Positions 1 through 8,768 of a DNA stretch of 24,515 nucleotides are shown here, one piece after another. Location: NCBI GenBank assembly GCA_048941285.1, contig JBHLNS010000047.1, positions 1 through 24,515 on the forward strand, read 5' to 3'. The stretch comes from Promethearchaeota archaeon. Lineage in GTDB: Archaea > Asgardarchaeota > Lokiarchaeia > Sigyniarchaeales > SOKP01. A program made the translations under genes and the position numbers. How positions within the stretch are numbered: the first letter of the stretch is position 1; every line of letters starts with the position of its first letter. The notes under the pieces are model-generated. The model worked only from the letters and a program-made list of their open reading frames with translations, ran no database searches and was not told where the DNA came from.

Positions 1-363
1 AATTTCGGCGGATTCGGGCTTTTCATGACACATAAAGCGATGGCACGCATTGGATTGATGTGTTTAAATGGGGGAAAGTGGCGTGGAAGACAAGTTGTTA
101 CAGAAAAATGGGTTGAAACATCAACGAGTGCTCTAATAGAAAGAATATTTTTTGGAATGTTCGTATTTCATTATGGATATTTATGGTGGGTTAATCCTGA
201 TAAATATTATCAAGCTTTTGGAGCATTTACACAACGGATAATTTTACTTCCAGAATATGATATTGTGGTGGTCTTCACTGCCAATGACCCAGGTGATTTG
301 ATTTGGTCTGGTCCCGTCGATAGTGGGCTCATTGACGATTTCATAATACCGGCTGTTTTGTAA
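1..363 (+). CDS. Serine hydrolase / beta-lactamase-family (AmpC-like) protein, C-terminal part; 5' end outside the window
   Basis: Frame is open from base 1 (NFGGFGLFMT...). The segments GGFGLFMTHKAMARIG...NGGKWRGRQVV...WV, YGYLWW and A-x-G-x(3)-Q-x-I-x-x-x-PEYDIVVV are typical of the family C-terminus. Confidence 0.85.
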   Translation, partial: NFGGFGLFMTHKAMARIGLMCLNGGKWRGRQVVTEKWVETSTSALIERIFFGMFVFHYGYLWWVNPDKYYQAFGAFTQRIILLPEYDIVVVFTANDPGDLIWSGPVDSGLIDDFIIPAVL

Positions 364-414
364 AATTAGGAGTAAAAGAGAAACTGCATACGAGGGTTGA
401 AATCTTTAAATTAT

Positions 415-496
415 TATATAGAAAAAGGAGGAAAAAGGTTAGATAATTGGCTTCTCGAATGACCACACCTAAACCAATCTTCCTCCATTCTATATA
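415..496 (-). other. Long imperfect inverted repeat (hairpin) between convergent genes; possible terminator or 3'-UTR RNA structure
   Basis: TATATAGAA/TTCTATATA, GGAGGAA/TTCCTCC and GGTT-AG/CT-A-AACC arms. Several mismatches become G-U pairs on the minus strand. A T10 run lies at 499-508 on +. Confidence 0.55.
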
Positions 497-534
497 TCTT
501 TTTTTTTTATTTAAACTTAGTTAACAATATAATA

Positions 535-1368
535 CTATTGACTCGTTTTTATGACAAATTCTTCTTTGAGGAAAGGCTCTAGTTTGTTATTACAAGCTAT
601 AAATGGAAATTTTACATTTATTGATAATTCATAATCAATTTCGGTTCCATCAGTAGAGAAGATTTTACCGCCTGCTTCTTTTAAAATTAACATTCCAGCT
701 GCTACATCAACTAATCTATTGCTGGGTCTTAAATTAATAAAAGTTTCCATACTTCCTCTTGCTATTTGACATAAAGTCAATGCACTACTTCCAAGTATTC
801 TTATTCTATAGAATCTTCTTATTAATGGACTTAATTCTTGGAGATTTTTCATTAAATTTTTCATTGGAAGATTGAGTTCAAAAAAACAATTCTCTGTAAT
901 ATCTAAATCCGACACATGAATTTTTGTTTCATTAAGATATGCACCCTTTCCTTTCTCTGCCCAATAGATATCTTTTGTATTCAAATTAAGTACAACTGCC
1001 TTTTTGATGTCAGTTATTCGGTTTCCCTCGGCAAAAGCGATTGAAACAGAACAATAGGGTACGCCTCTAGCAGCGTTATTAGAACCATCGAGCGGATCAA
1101 CAATTAATACATACTGATCATTTTTAGCGATATCTATATCTCCTATAAATTGTTCTCCCAATTCTTCACTAATTAATAAAAGATTTGCATCAGCTTCTTT
1201 TAAAGAATTTAAAATTACCCCTTCGGCAATTAAATCAATTTCCATGGATAAGTCTCCACCAGCACCTCTCTTATTTTTTTTAGCAGCTTCTTTTGTACCT
1301 AAGAGAGGATTCACAGCATCAAACACATTATATGCAAGCTGTTTTAAAAAATCAATATCTGGTACCAT
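535..1368 (-). CDS. suhB: Inositol monophosphatase / fructose-1,6-bisphosphatase (archaeal bifunctional IMPase/FBPase family)
   Basis: SEE, DPLDGSNN, R-x-x-GSSAL and DVAAG motifs; 277 aa. Confidence 0.9.
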   Translation of the reverse strand: MVPDIDFLKQLAYNVFDAVNPLLGTKEAAKKNKRGAGGDLSMEIDLIAEGVILNSLKEADANLLLISEELGEQFIGDIDIAKNDQYVLIVDPLDGSNNAARGVPYCSVSIAFAEGNRITDIKKAVVLNLNTKDIYWAEKGKGAYLNETKIHVSDLDITENCFFELNLPMKNLMKNLQELSPLIRRFYRIRILGSSALTLCQIARGSMETFINLRPSNRLVDVAAGMLILKEAGGKIFSTDGTEIDYELSINVKFPFIACNNKLEPFLKEEFVIKTSQ

Positions 1369-1447
1369 AAAAATCAGAGAAAGCTTTAATGATAAGAAAA
1401 ATCTAAAATAGCAATTAACTTTTATGGAGAAAATATTAATAAAGCTA

Positions 1448-2173
1448 TTATTTTAGAATTACGTGTTTTTCAATAATCCATTTATCTACAATGAATTTTT
1501 GAGATTTTTTCTTTTCCTTCACATCATATTCACTATGGATAGTACTTTTTGGAATCCAAAATTCATCACCGGAATCCAACGTTATTAGCAATGCCTTGGG
1601 ACTTTCTACTTTAATTTTTGCTTCTATTTCAATAGGATCCCTTGAAGCACTAAACTCTGTAGTCTCAACTATATGCAATCCATCCCTAGCTGTTATATGT
1701 TCTGAGAAAACGCCATATTCGTCTTCTTCATCAACTTCTTCTTTTTCAATTGTTTTTGCTTCAAAGGTTCCGCTCGTAGCATGCTCAATTTTTTCACTTA
1801 AGATGTGACCTAGCATTAAGGTTAAAAAATTGATGTTTGGAAATCTAAGTTTCTTCTTATATTCTCCTATCTTTACCTGTAAAACCTGCCGAGATTCATC
1901 CTCCCATCCTACGTAAATCTCTGTTTTACGTTCTTTGAAAACATGATATCCTCTCCAGTTTGCACTCCTTCTTTTAAGTACTTCTATGATACATATAATT
2001 TCTTCAATTGATAATCTTACTGTTTTCCCCTCACCCTCGGAGACTTTTTCCCAAACACCATCATCTTTTCTAGTAATACAACTTAAGAAAATATAAGGTA
2101 CTTGTTTTGAAGGACTTGTCACTCTGACGCTTGTATTTTGTCCATAAAAGGTCTTAGTATGAAAATCTGCCAA
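1448..2173 (-). CDS. Hypothetical protein; possible tandem PC4/Whirly-like N-terminal region, acidic linker and small beta-rich C-terminal domain
   Basis: 241-aa ORF with TTG start and GGTG upstream. The fold guess is by eye only. Confidence 0.75.
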   Translation of the reverse strand: MADFHTKTFYGQNTSVRVTSPSKQVPYIFLSCITRKDDGVWEKVSEGEGKTVRLSIEEIICIIEVLKRRSANWRGYHVFKERKTEIYVGWEDESRQVLQVKIGEYKKKLRFPNINFLTLMLGHILSEKIEHATSGTFEAKTIEKEEVDEEDEYGVFSEHITARDGLHIVETTEFSASRDPIEIEAKIKVESPKALLITLDSGDEFWIPKSTIHSEYDVKEKKKSQKFIVDKWIIEKHVILK

Positions 2174-2360
2174 GTTAACACACCAGTCAGTTATTTTAGT
2201 TAGTAATCTTTTGATTGACTAAATAGATTATATTATTTTATTGATTTAAATCTGATTAATTATATTTCTGTTTTTTTAAAAAACTTAGAAAATAAGTAAA
2301 AGTTTTATTAAATTTGATTTTATATAACTCTAAATTAATTGTTTTTTCTAGTGAATCAAT

Positions 2361-3119
2361 ATGGAAAAGAAAAATGATAAGACCAATGAGAAAATCGAAA
2401 AAAGAGTTATTGTAAGTAGTTCAGGGGATATGCAAGAATACGATGAGCATATCAGTACTATGGGATCTGCTAAAATTTCTGGTGGAAAAACCCATAAATC
2501 TTTACGAGTGTCAGGCTCGGGAAGAATTAATGGAGATTTAGAATGTAATGGGCTTACTTCGTCCGGTACTTTAACTGGGTCTGGCAATTTAACTTCTCAC
2601 GGTGATATTAGTAGCTCGGGATCATTCAATATCGCCGGATTTCTTTACGGAGATCAAAATGCTGATTTTGCAGGTTCAACTCAGATAGGTAATCTCGTTA
2701 ACATTCAAGGTAATATGATTGTTTCAGGTTCTTTTGAAGTAGGACATTTCGTAAGAGGAGAACAAGGAATTGAGCTTTCAGGCACTTCAGAGATCAATGG
2801 AAACCTCTCTTCTGGAAAGAAAATTAGAATTGATGGTTCCACTTATATAGAAGGAAATGTCGTAGCGGAAGATGTTCTTTTTGGTGTTTCTGAAAATATC
2901 AAAAAAAGACAGCATTATAGAATTCATGGAAGCATACACGCTAAGAATAAAGTTGATGTTATTAAAACACATGTTAATGGTGATGTTAAAGGTAGAGAAA
3001 TAAAGCTCGGGAAAGGTTCAGAAATTCTTGGAAATGTCTATTATGTTGATAAAATCGAACTTGATAAAAAAGTAAAATTAAATAATGACCCTACTCAGAT
3101 TAAACTAGATGAATTATAA
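2361..3119 (+). CDS. Polymer-forming cytoskeletal (bactofilin/CcmA-like) beta-helix repeat protein
   Basis: Repeated [VIL]-S-G-S-G-x-I-x-G-[DN]-[LVI] units, ending ...IHGSIHA...VNGDVKGREIKLGKGSEILGNVYY. Confidence 0.8.
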   Translation: MEKKNDKTNEKIEKRVIVSSSGDMQEYDEHISTMGSAKISGGKTHKSLRVSGSGRINGDLECNGLTSSGTLTGSGNLTSHGDISSSGSFNIAGFLYGDQNADFAGSTQIGNLVNIQGNMIVSGSFEVGHFVRGEQGIELSGTSEINGNLSSGKKIRIDGSTYIEGNVVAEDVLFGVSENIKKRQHYRIHGSIHAKNKVDVIKTHVNGDVKGREIKLGKGSEILGNVYYVDKIELDKKVKLNNDPTQIKLDEL

Positions 3120-3157
3120 CTTAAAAAATAATTTTTTGAAATAATACTCATTTAAAC

Positions 3158-3463
3158 TTACATTAATTCAATCTCTACGAGTACTGATTCAGGAATCTGA
3201 ATCTTCATAATAAGATGCATACTACGCTCATTTGCAATAATTTCAAAAAGTCTTTTATGAATACGCATCTCAAATTTTGCCCAAGTATCGGTTCCTTGGC
3301 CACTTGGCGCTTTCATAACAGGAACACGTAATCTTTTCGTAGGAAGAGGAATAGGCCCGTTTTTTCTTATTCCTTGACTGTTACATACCGATTCGATTTG
3401 TCCGCAGACTGATTGTAAGGCATCTAATTGAGTGGAAGAAAGTCTAATTCTAGCTTTTTGTAT
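3158..3463 (-). CDS. rps10: 30S ribosomal protein uS10 (archaeal S10p), non-canonical ATA start; missing from the ORF track
   Basis: Manual translation: (M)QKARIRLSSTQLDALQSVCGQIESVCNSQGIRKNGPIPLPTKRLRVPVMKAPSGQGTDTWAKFEMRIHKRLFEIIANERSMHLIMKIQIPESVLVEIELM*, 101 aa, with GPIPLPT and FEMRIHKRL signatures. GGTGA SD (3471-3475) lies 7 nt before the ATA, and an in-frame TGA sits two codons upstream. Confidence 0.97.
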   Translation of the reverse strand: MQKARIRLSSTQLDALQSVCGQIESVCNSQGIRKNGPIPLPTKRLRVPVMKAPSGQGTDTWAKFEMRIHKRLFEIIANERSMHLIMKIQIPESVLVEIELM

Positions 3464-3487
3464 GCTTCAATCACCAAATAAAATTAC

Positions 3488-3504
3488 ATTTAAAATTTAT
3501 GGTT
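3488..3504 (-). promoter_or_regulatory. Putative BRE-TATA promoter of rps10 (AACCATAAATTTTAAAT)
   Basis: The TATA-like TTTAAAT is about 25-31 nt upstream of the ATA. A near-identical AACCATAAATTTTTAAA lies at 9374-9390 upstream of the 9441 gene. Confidence 0.45.
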
Positions 3505-3563
3505 CTTCCTTAAATTTTATGGTTTTTATAATTATTACTTGTAAATAAATTTTTTTATCCAAT

Positions 3564-4697
3564 CTAAGAAAATCCTAGTAAAAATTTGTTCCCCAAATGC
3601 ACATTTTTTAAATATTGTTTCGCAACTTCCAAACATTTTAAAGCTTGCTTGCGAGGAGTTATCCCTAAATCCCGCATTTGATAATCTCCATGAAATACTA
3701 AAAGGCTATAGGGAATATCAGGATTGATTGAGCTCACAAATTTAGCAATCTGCTCTACTTCTTCATGGTTTGTATATCCTGGGACCATTAAGGTGCAACC
3801 ACTCATTTCATATAGGCCTTTTCTAGTTCCAAAATATTTCTCCGCGAGAAATCGAAAGTTATTTAATGTTCTTTTGTTGCTTACTCCACATAAAGCTAGA
3901 TTAAGTTTCTCATTGAAGCTTTTTAAGTCAAATTTGATGTTTCCTCCAGTTTTTAAAGCAATTTGCATGCATTTTTCAATCCAATCCCTATTTCCTGAAC
4001 CATTCCATTCCCAACAAAACCTCATAATTCTTTTCTTATTTTTAATTTTTTCAATAATTTTTTCGGCTAAATTAATAGAGAATGGTAATTGAGCTTCTGG
4101 AGTACCTCCAAAATAACATAAACATGTGATTTTCTCGTTTTTAACAATTTGGTTAGCTAGGGTTTCGATATCAAATAAATTACGCTTAGAAAAAAATTTA
4201 TGAGATGCATTTTGACAAAATAAGCAATTGAATGTGCATCCATATAAAAATGCAGCATAACTAAATGTACCGAACTCAGGGCCTTTAATATTCGAAAAGT
4301 CTGGATAACCAGAACTCGTTCCAGCTGGGCAAAACCAGCCATTACAGCAATTGGTAGGATTAGGATCTATATAACCATGGATATAACCATTTGATTTTGA
4401 TGGATATGGTAATTCCCCCGACGCTCTCAACTCAATATTTCTCAATCCACAATAACTAATATCTTTTTCAGATAAACAACATTCATTAATACATAGATTA
4501 CATTTTAGCTTGATATTTGGACGTTCTGCTTTAGGAGGTCTTTCTGGTAATCCAACAAGCTTACGGACTTGTGCATGGACATTTAATATATGAGGCTTGA
4601 TTTTACTCCAATCTCCTTGCAGAATACAATTTCTACACACTTGCAATACTTCCGAAATTACTTTTTCAGTTGTTCCACAAAACTTACAAGTCCCCAT
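3564..4697 (-). CDS. Radical SAM protein (PFL-activase-like / AmmeMemoRadiSAM-related archaeal family) with extra N-terminal Cys clusters
   Basis: CTFNCLFCQN = CxxxCxxC; YFGGTPE; FDLK; N-terminal CKFC...CRNC and CNLCINEC...YCGLR. Confidence 0.88.
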   Translation of the reverse strand: MGTCKFCGTTEKVISEVLQVCRNCILQGDWSKIKPHILNVHAQVRKLVGLPERPPKAERPNIKLKCNLCINECCLSEKDISYCGLRNIELRASGELPYPSKSNGYIHGYIDPNPTNCCNGWFCPAGTSSGYPDFSNIKGPEFGTFSYAAFLYGCTFNCLFCQNASHKFFSKRNLFDIETLANQIVKNEKITCLCYFGGTPEAQLPFSINLAEKIIEKIKNKKRIMRFCWEWNGSGNRDWIEKCMQIALKTGGNIKFDLKSFNEKLNLALCGVSNKRTLNNFRFLAEKYFGTRKGLYEMSGCTLMVPGYTNHEEVEQIAKFVSSINPDIPYSLLVFHGDYQMRDLGITPRKQALKCLEVAKQYLKNVHLGNKFLLGFS

Positions 4698-4699
4698 AT

Positions 4700-5359
4700 T
4701 TACTTCTTTTTTTTTAATAATAAAAATGTTTGACCAGATTTTTGGTTTGGATTACGTTTCACCATAAATCCTTCAAAGCCATTATTAATAAATGATTTGT
4801 TAAAGATTTTTAATTCATTATCATCATTAGGATAAAATTCTATAACAATTCTTCCATTTTGTTTTAAAATAGTGTTTAGATATTTACTTGTATCATTTAT
4901 GAGTTTCACTTTTTCTCCATAATTTTCCAATCCATGGGTAATAAAATTGTAGGACGATATTGAAACTACATGATCAATTGAATTATGTCTAATTGGCAAG
5001 AAATTGATATCTGCTAAAATCAATTCTAAGGTCTTAAATCCTTTTAAAATCTTTCTTTTTTTTCTGGCTTTTGATAGCATGTCATTTAAGATGTCTACAC
5101 CAATCACTCGAAAATTATTTTGAATTAAAACTTCTGAAGAATATCCCGTTCCACATCCTAAGTCTAATATTAAGTAGGGTTTTTCCTTTTCAAGTCCATC
5201 ATCATTATATTCATTTAACTTCTCATCGAAAAGATATTTAATGGTTAATGAGGCTGTTCGCTTTTGGTTACGCTCCATCCATTTTGAACTATCATAGTCT
5301 TCCGCTTTATCGTCAATATAATCATCTGGGAATATCGGGAGTTGATTTTTTCTTACCAA
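4700..5359 (-). CDS. Class I SAM-dependent methyltransferase, Bud23/WBSCR22-like (putative SSU rRNA m7G methyltransferase)
   Basis: ILDLGCGTG motif I. Bud23-like segments: Y-x-D-x-x-A-x-x-Y-x-x-S-x(6)-Q, VVSISS, LKxxGRIVIEFYP, GFEG-x-x-V-x(3)-P and a terminal FLLL. TTG start. Confidence 0.85.
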   Translation of the reverse strand: MVRKNQLPIFPDDYIDDKAEDYDSSKWMERNQKRTASLTIKYLFDEKLNEYNDDGLEKEKPYLILDLGCGTGYSSEVLIQNNFRVIGVDILNDMLSKARKKRKILKGFKTLELILADINFLPIRHNSIDHVVSISSYNFITHGLENYGEKVKLINDTSKYLNTILKQNGRIVIEFYPNDDNELKIFNKSFINNGFEGFMVKRNPNQKSGQTFLLLKKKK

Positions 5360-5470
5360 TGATGATCACAAATGTAAAAATCATTTAAATATATAAATAA
5401 CTAAACTCAATATATCATAAAAAAAATTATTTAAGCTAGTAAGACAAAAAAAAGGATTTGGGATTTAGTC

Positions 5471-5860
5471 ATGTCGGGAAAGAATACCATACTCATCGTA
5501 GACGATGAGCCAGATATTGTGAATCTTACTGAGAAGTTTTTAAAATTGGGGGATTTTGATACTATTACAAGCAGTAATGCGAAAGAAGCGATGAAGATCA
5601 TAGAAGAAAGCTATGATAAAATCGCTTTAATACTTCTTGATATCATGATGCCTGGCCGAAGTGGATATTCCGTATTGGAGGAGGTTAAAAATAATGAAAA
5701 GTACAAGGATATCCTTGTAGTCTTATTCACTGTTAAAAGTTTTAATGAAGATGTTCAAAAGGGAAAAAAACTTGGCGCTGACGCCTATATCACGAAACCA
5801 TTTTCAGGTAAAGAACTTTTAAACAGAATCAAAGAAATTTTAGGGAATAATAATAGTTAA
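5471..5860 (+). CDS. Stand-alone response regulator receiver (CheY-like) protein
   Basis: ILIVDDE, LLDIMMPGRSG (phospho-Asp), FT and GADAYITKPF motifs; no output domain. Confidence 0.92.
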   Translation: MSGKNTILIVDDEPDIVNLTEKFLKLGDFDTITSSNAKEAMKIIEESYDKIALILLDIMMPGRSGYSVLEEVKNNEKYKDILVVLFTVKSFNEDVQKGKKLGADAYITKPFSGKELLNRIKEILGNNNS

Positions 5861-5939
5861 TCCTTTAGTTTTTCTTTTTATCATTTTATTATTCAACTTA
5901 GACATTTTTTGAAGGTTCTCTTAAAGTATTTATTTTTTG

Positions 5940-6383
5940 TTATTTGATGAGGTATGTATCTAAATTATCAGGCTTAATTACTCTATATCTATTCTCCTCT
6001 TCAAAAAATTTCACTATTCTATTGATATTTATTAAGTGAAGAGAAGGCTTATGTTGGGAATTAAATCTTTTCCAATAGTATTGATATATCATTTCTCGTG
6101 GAAACTGAGAGAGAAATTTATTCATTTCAATTATGAAAGTGGTCGTATAAAAATTTCCGTTATTTATTTCAATATAATTATTGAAAACAGTTTCAATGTT
6201 ATTTAATAGAGAATTGAATCCTGAATATTTACTCACACAAAAAATAATGATATAAAGAAATATAAAATTCAGGACTCCGACAAATTTTCTTCGAGAAAGT
6301 GATTCTTTTGAATTTTCTAAATTAATTCTCTCATTTAATTCTAAGATAAAAATTTTTATATTATATGAGCAAATTATTTTCAC
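5940..6383 (-). CDS. Hypothetical protein (start uncertain, may be shorter)
   Basis: 147-codon open frame filling the gap between two + strand genes. It has one hydrophobic stretch and no recognised motif. Confidence 0.45.
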   Translation of the reverse strand: MKIICSYNIKIFILELNERINLENSKESLSRRKFVGVLNFIFLYIIIFCVSKYSGFNSLLNNIETVFNNYIEINNGNFYTTTFIIEMNKFLSQFPREMIYQYYWKRFNSQHKPSLHLININRIVKFFEEENRYRVIKPDNLDTYLIK

Positions 6384-6426
6384 CTAACTAAAATTATAAT
6401 TGAAATACAAAAAAGAGTTAATTAAA

Positions 6427-7104
6427 ATGGTATTTGAAGCAGAATCTGATAAGATCCCTTTCTTCAAGCAATATTTTTCTGTCATTATCTTAGTGGCTAA
6501 TATTATTGTATTTATTTGGCAACTGTTGGACCCCACTGGTCAAATGCGTATACCAGAAGCTGCTTTTGTTCCGGCTGAGTTTTTTACTGGTCAGAAATTG
6601 TGGACGATTATAACATCGATGTTTATGCATGGAGATATTGTTCATATAATCATGAACATGTGGTTTTTCATTATTATAACTGATAATTGTGAGCACGCAA
6701 TGGGCCATGTTTTATATCTGATCACCTATTTTATTTCAGGCTTTTTTGGTACTTTATTACATGCTTTAAGTACATTAATTTGGCCAATTTTAACAACTAT
6801 TCCATCTTTAGGAGCTTCCGGTGCGATATTCGGTTTAATGGGTGTTTATTTAATACTATATTCTGAGAATAAATTCTATTTACCTTCTGCAACAGGTACA
6901 TCAATGCGAAGAGTAAGTGCTGGTTACTTTATCCTTACATACTTTATAGCAGAACTATCGTATGCCCTCTATTCATTAATCGATCCCTTTAGTATTGGCT
7001 CAACAGCTCATTTTGCCCACGTAGGAGGTTTTATTGGAGGCGCTATCATTGCAGGAATATATAAAGGGGTAAAAGGTTCATCTTATAAGAAGAAAAAACC
7101 CTAA
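6427..7104 (+). CDS. Rhomboid-family intramembrane serine protease
   Basis: SMFMHGDIVHIIMNM, catalytic GASG and AHFAHVGG motifs; multiple TM segments. ATG at 6427 is preferred over the TTG at 6400. Confidence 0.92.
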   Translation: MVFEAESDKIPFFKQYFSVIILVANIIVFIWQLLDPTGQMRIPEAAFVPAEFFTGQKLWTIITSMFMHGDIVHIIMNMWFFIIITDNCEHAMGHVLYLITYFISGFFGTLLHALSTLIWPILTTIPSLGASGAIFGLMGVYLILYSENKFYLPSATGTSMRRVSAGYFILTYFIAELSYALYSLIDPFSIGSTAHFAHVGGFIGGAIIAGIYKGVKGSSYKKKKP

Positions 7105-7276
7105 TCATTTCATTTTTTATTTTTTCTATTTCATAAACTTTTTTCAATAATGAGTTATTTAGAACCTTATCAGTTTAAATACTAAATATATAAGCTGAAA
7201 TCTGAAATTGCTTACCAGAATATCTGTAAATATTGAAAGAATTATTAGTTGATCAAATCAAACGAAATAGAATGAA

Positions 7277-8677
7277 GTGAAAATAATGATAGAAAAGTGG
7301 ATAGATTTAATAGAAAAAAGAGATCTTGTTGTCAGTGTTGTAGGAATAGGTCGTATCGGATTACCTACAGCATTAATGATTTCAAGAGAAGGATTTAAAA
7401 CCTTTGGTATTGATATTGATGATAAGTTAGTGAAAAAAGTTAATCAGGGTGGCGGAAGTCCTCCCATTTCCTATATTGTAGATGAGCCTGAGCTTGAGGA
7501 TTTACTTACAACAGCTATTACAAATCAGAGATTGAAAGCAACTACAGATTTTGCAAAATATGCCTCACAGTCGAATTTAATAATCCTTTGTATTCCTACA
7601 CCTATAACAGAACAAAAAGTCCCAGATTATAATATTATAAATAGAGCTCTCACAGAAGTTGGTCAATTAAAAGTAATCTTGAAGAATAAAATTGTCATTT
7701 TTGAATCTACTGTTGGACCTAACTATGTTGAAAAAACAGCGATCCCTTTAATTGAAAAAGTCTCGGAATTGAAAGTAAATGAGGACTTTTGGGTGGCATC
7801 CTGTCCAGAAAGAGCAAATCCAGGCAACATTTTAAATGATCTAGCAAAAGTACCTCAGATTGTAGGAGCAACTAATAATTTTGCACGAGATATTGTATCT
7901 TATTTTTATAAAACTGTATTTAAAGTAAAAGTATTCGAAGTAAGCAATCCCCGAACAGCAAATTCGGTAAAGCTTATAGAAAATATTTTTCGAGTAGTCA
8001 ATATAGCTTTAGCAAATGAGCTTAGCCAATTAATGAAAAAATTAGATATTGATTATATGGAGGTTTTAAAAGGTGCAGCAACAAAGTATAATTTCCTAAC
8101 CCATTATCCTGGACCAGGTGTGGGTGGTCCATGCCTCCCAAGTAATCCCTATTATCTTATCGATGACGGATATAAAGTATCATTCACACCAAATCTAGTA
8201 AGAGTTGCTACTGAAGTAAATCAAAGACAACCGTTTCATATTGTTGAATTAATTTTTGAGGGCCTTAATAAAATCAATAAACCCATAGCTGGTACCAAGA
8301 TTGCCATATTAGGTATTAGCTACAAAGCTAATGTAAAGGATATTCAAATTTCAAGTGTTATACCGATCTTAAGTCAACTACAAAAAAATAAAGCCGAAAT
8401 GGGTTTATATGACCCGTATTATAAAGAAGAAGAAGTATTAGGTTTTAAAATAGAAAGTAATTTTGAATTTATAAAAAGAGATTACCCTATAATAGTTATT
8501 CATACGGACCATAATGAATTTAAATCACCATATTTTAGAGATTTTCTTAAAGAATGCAAGAATCTTAAAGTTATTGTGGATTGCCATAGTACTTTTGAAT
8601 ATGAAGAGATACCTAATGGGATCTATTATATTGGTGTTGGTAGACCGTTGAGATTTAAATATAGAGAGAATTTTTAA
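7277..8677 (+). CDS. Nucleotide-sugar dehydrogenase (UDP-ManNAc/UDP-GlcNAc 6-dehydrogenase, WecC/WbpA-like)
   Basis: VVGIGRIGLPTA Rossmann motif, CIPTP, ESTV, CPERANPG, KLIEN, PGPGVGGPCL (catalytic Cys) and LGISYKANVKD. Confidence 0.92.
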   Translation: MKIMIEKWIDLIEKRDLVVSVVGIGRIGLPTALMISREGFKTFGIDIDDKLVKKVNQGGGSPPISYIVDEPELEDLLTTAITNQRLKATTDFAKYASQSNLIILCIPTPITEQKVPDYNIINRALTEVGQLKVILKNKIVIFESTVGPNYVEKTAIPLIEKVSELKVNEDFWVASCPERANPGNILNDLAKVPQIVGATNNFARDIVSYFYKTVFKVKVFEVSNPRTANSVKLIENIFRVVNIALANELSQLMKKLDIDYMEVLKGAATKYNFLTHYPGPGVGGPCLPSNPYYLIDDGYKVSFTPNLVRVATEVNQRQPFHIVELIFEGLNKINKPIAGTKIAILGISYKANVKDIQISSVIPILSQLQKNKAEMGLYDPYYKEEEVLGFKIESNFEFIKRDYPIIVIHTDHNEFKSPYFRDFLKECKNLKVIVDCHSTFEYEEIPNGIYYIGVGRPLRFKYRENF

Positions 8678-8698
8678 TAAGAAAATAATGTACTTTTT

Positions 8699-8760
8699 TC
8701 TCAGAATTCTTGCGGAATTCACAATTAAATCCTAACATTTTTTGATTTAATTTTTTGAGA
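8699..8760 (-). promoter_or_regulatory. Conserved 3'-UTR three-way-junction RNA element, copy B (candidate SECIS-like/UGA-recoding element)
   Basis: RNA: UCUCA-AAA-[AAUUAAAUC AAAAAAUGUUAG GAUUUAAUU]-GU-[GAAUUC CGCAA GAAUUC]-UGAGA, starting 8 nt after the stop of the 45-aa ORF. Same architecture as copy A. Confidence 0.72.
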
Positions 8761-8768
8761 TATTTTGA

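Noticed and set aside
415-487. 24-codon minus-strand ORF MEEDWFRCGHSRSQLSNLFPPFSI inside the hairpin
   Set aside because: No RBS or homolog evidence, and the sequence is explained by the base pairing.
8699-8723. GUGA...UGA in element B read as a canonical eukaryote-type SECIS core
   Set aside because: The enclosed helix is far too short and out of register for the tandem G-A quartet, and copy A lacks RUGA.
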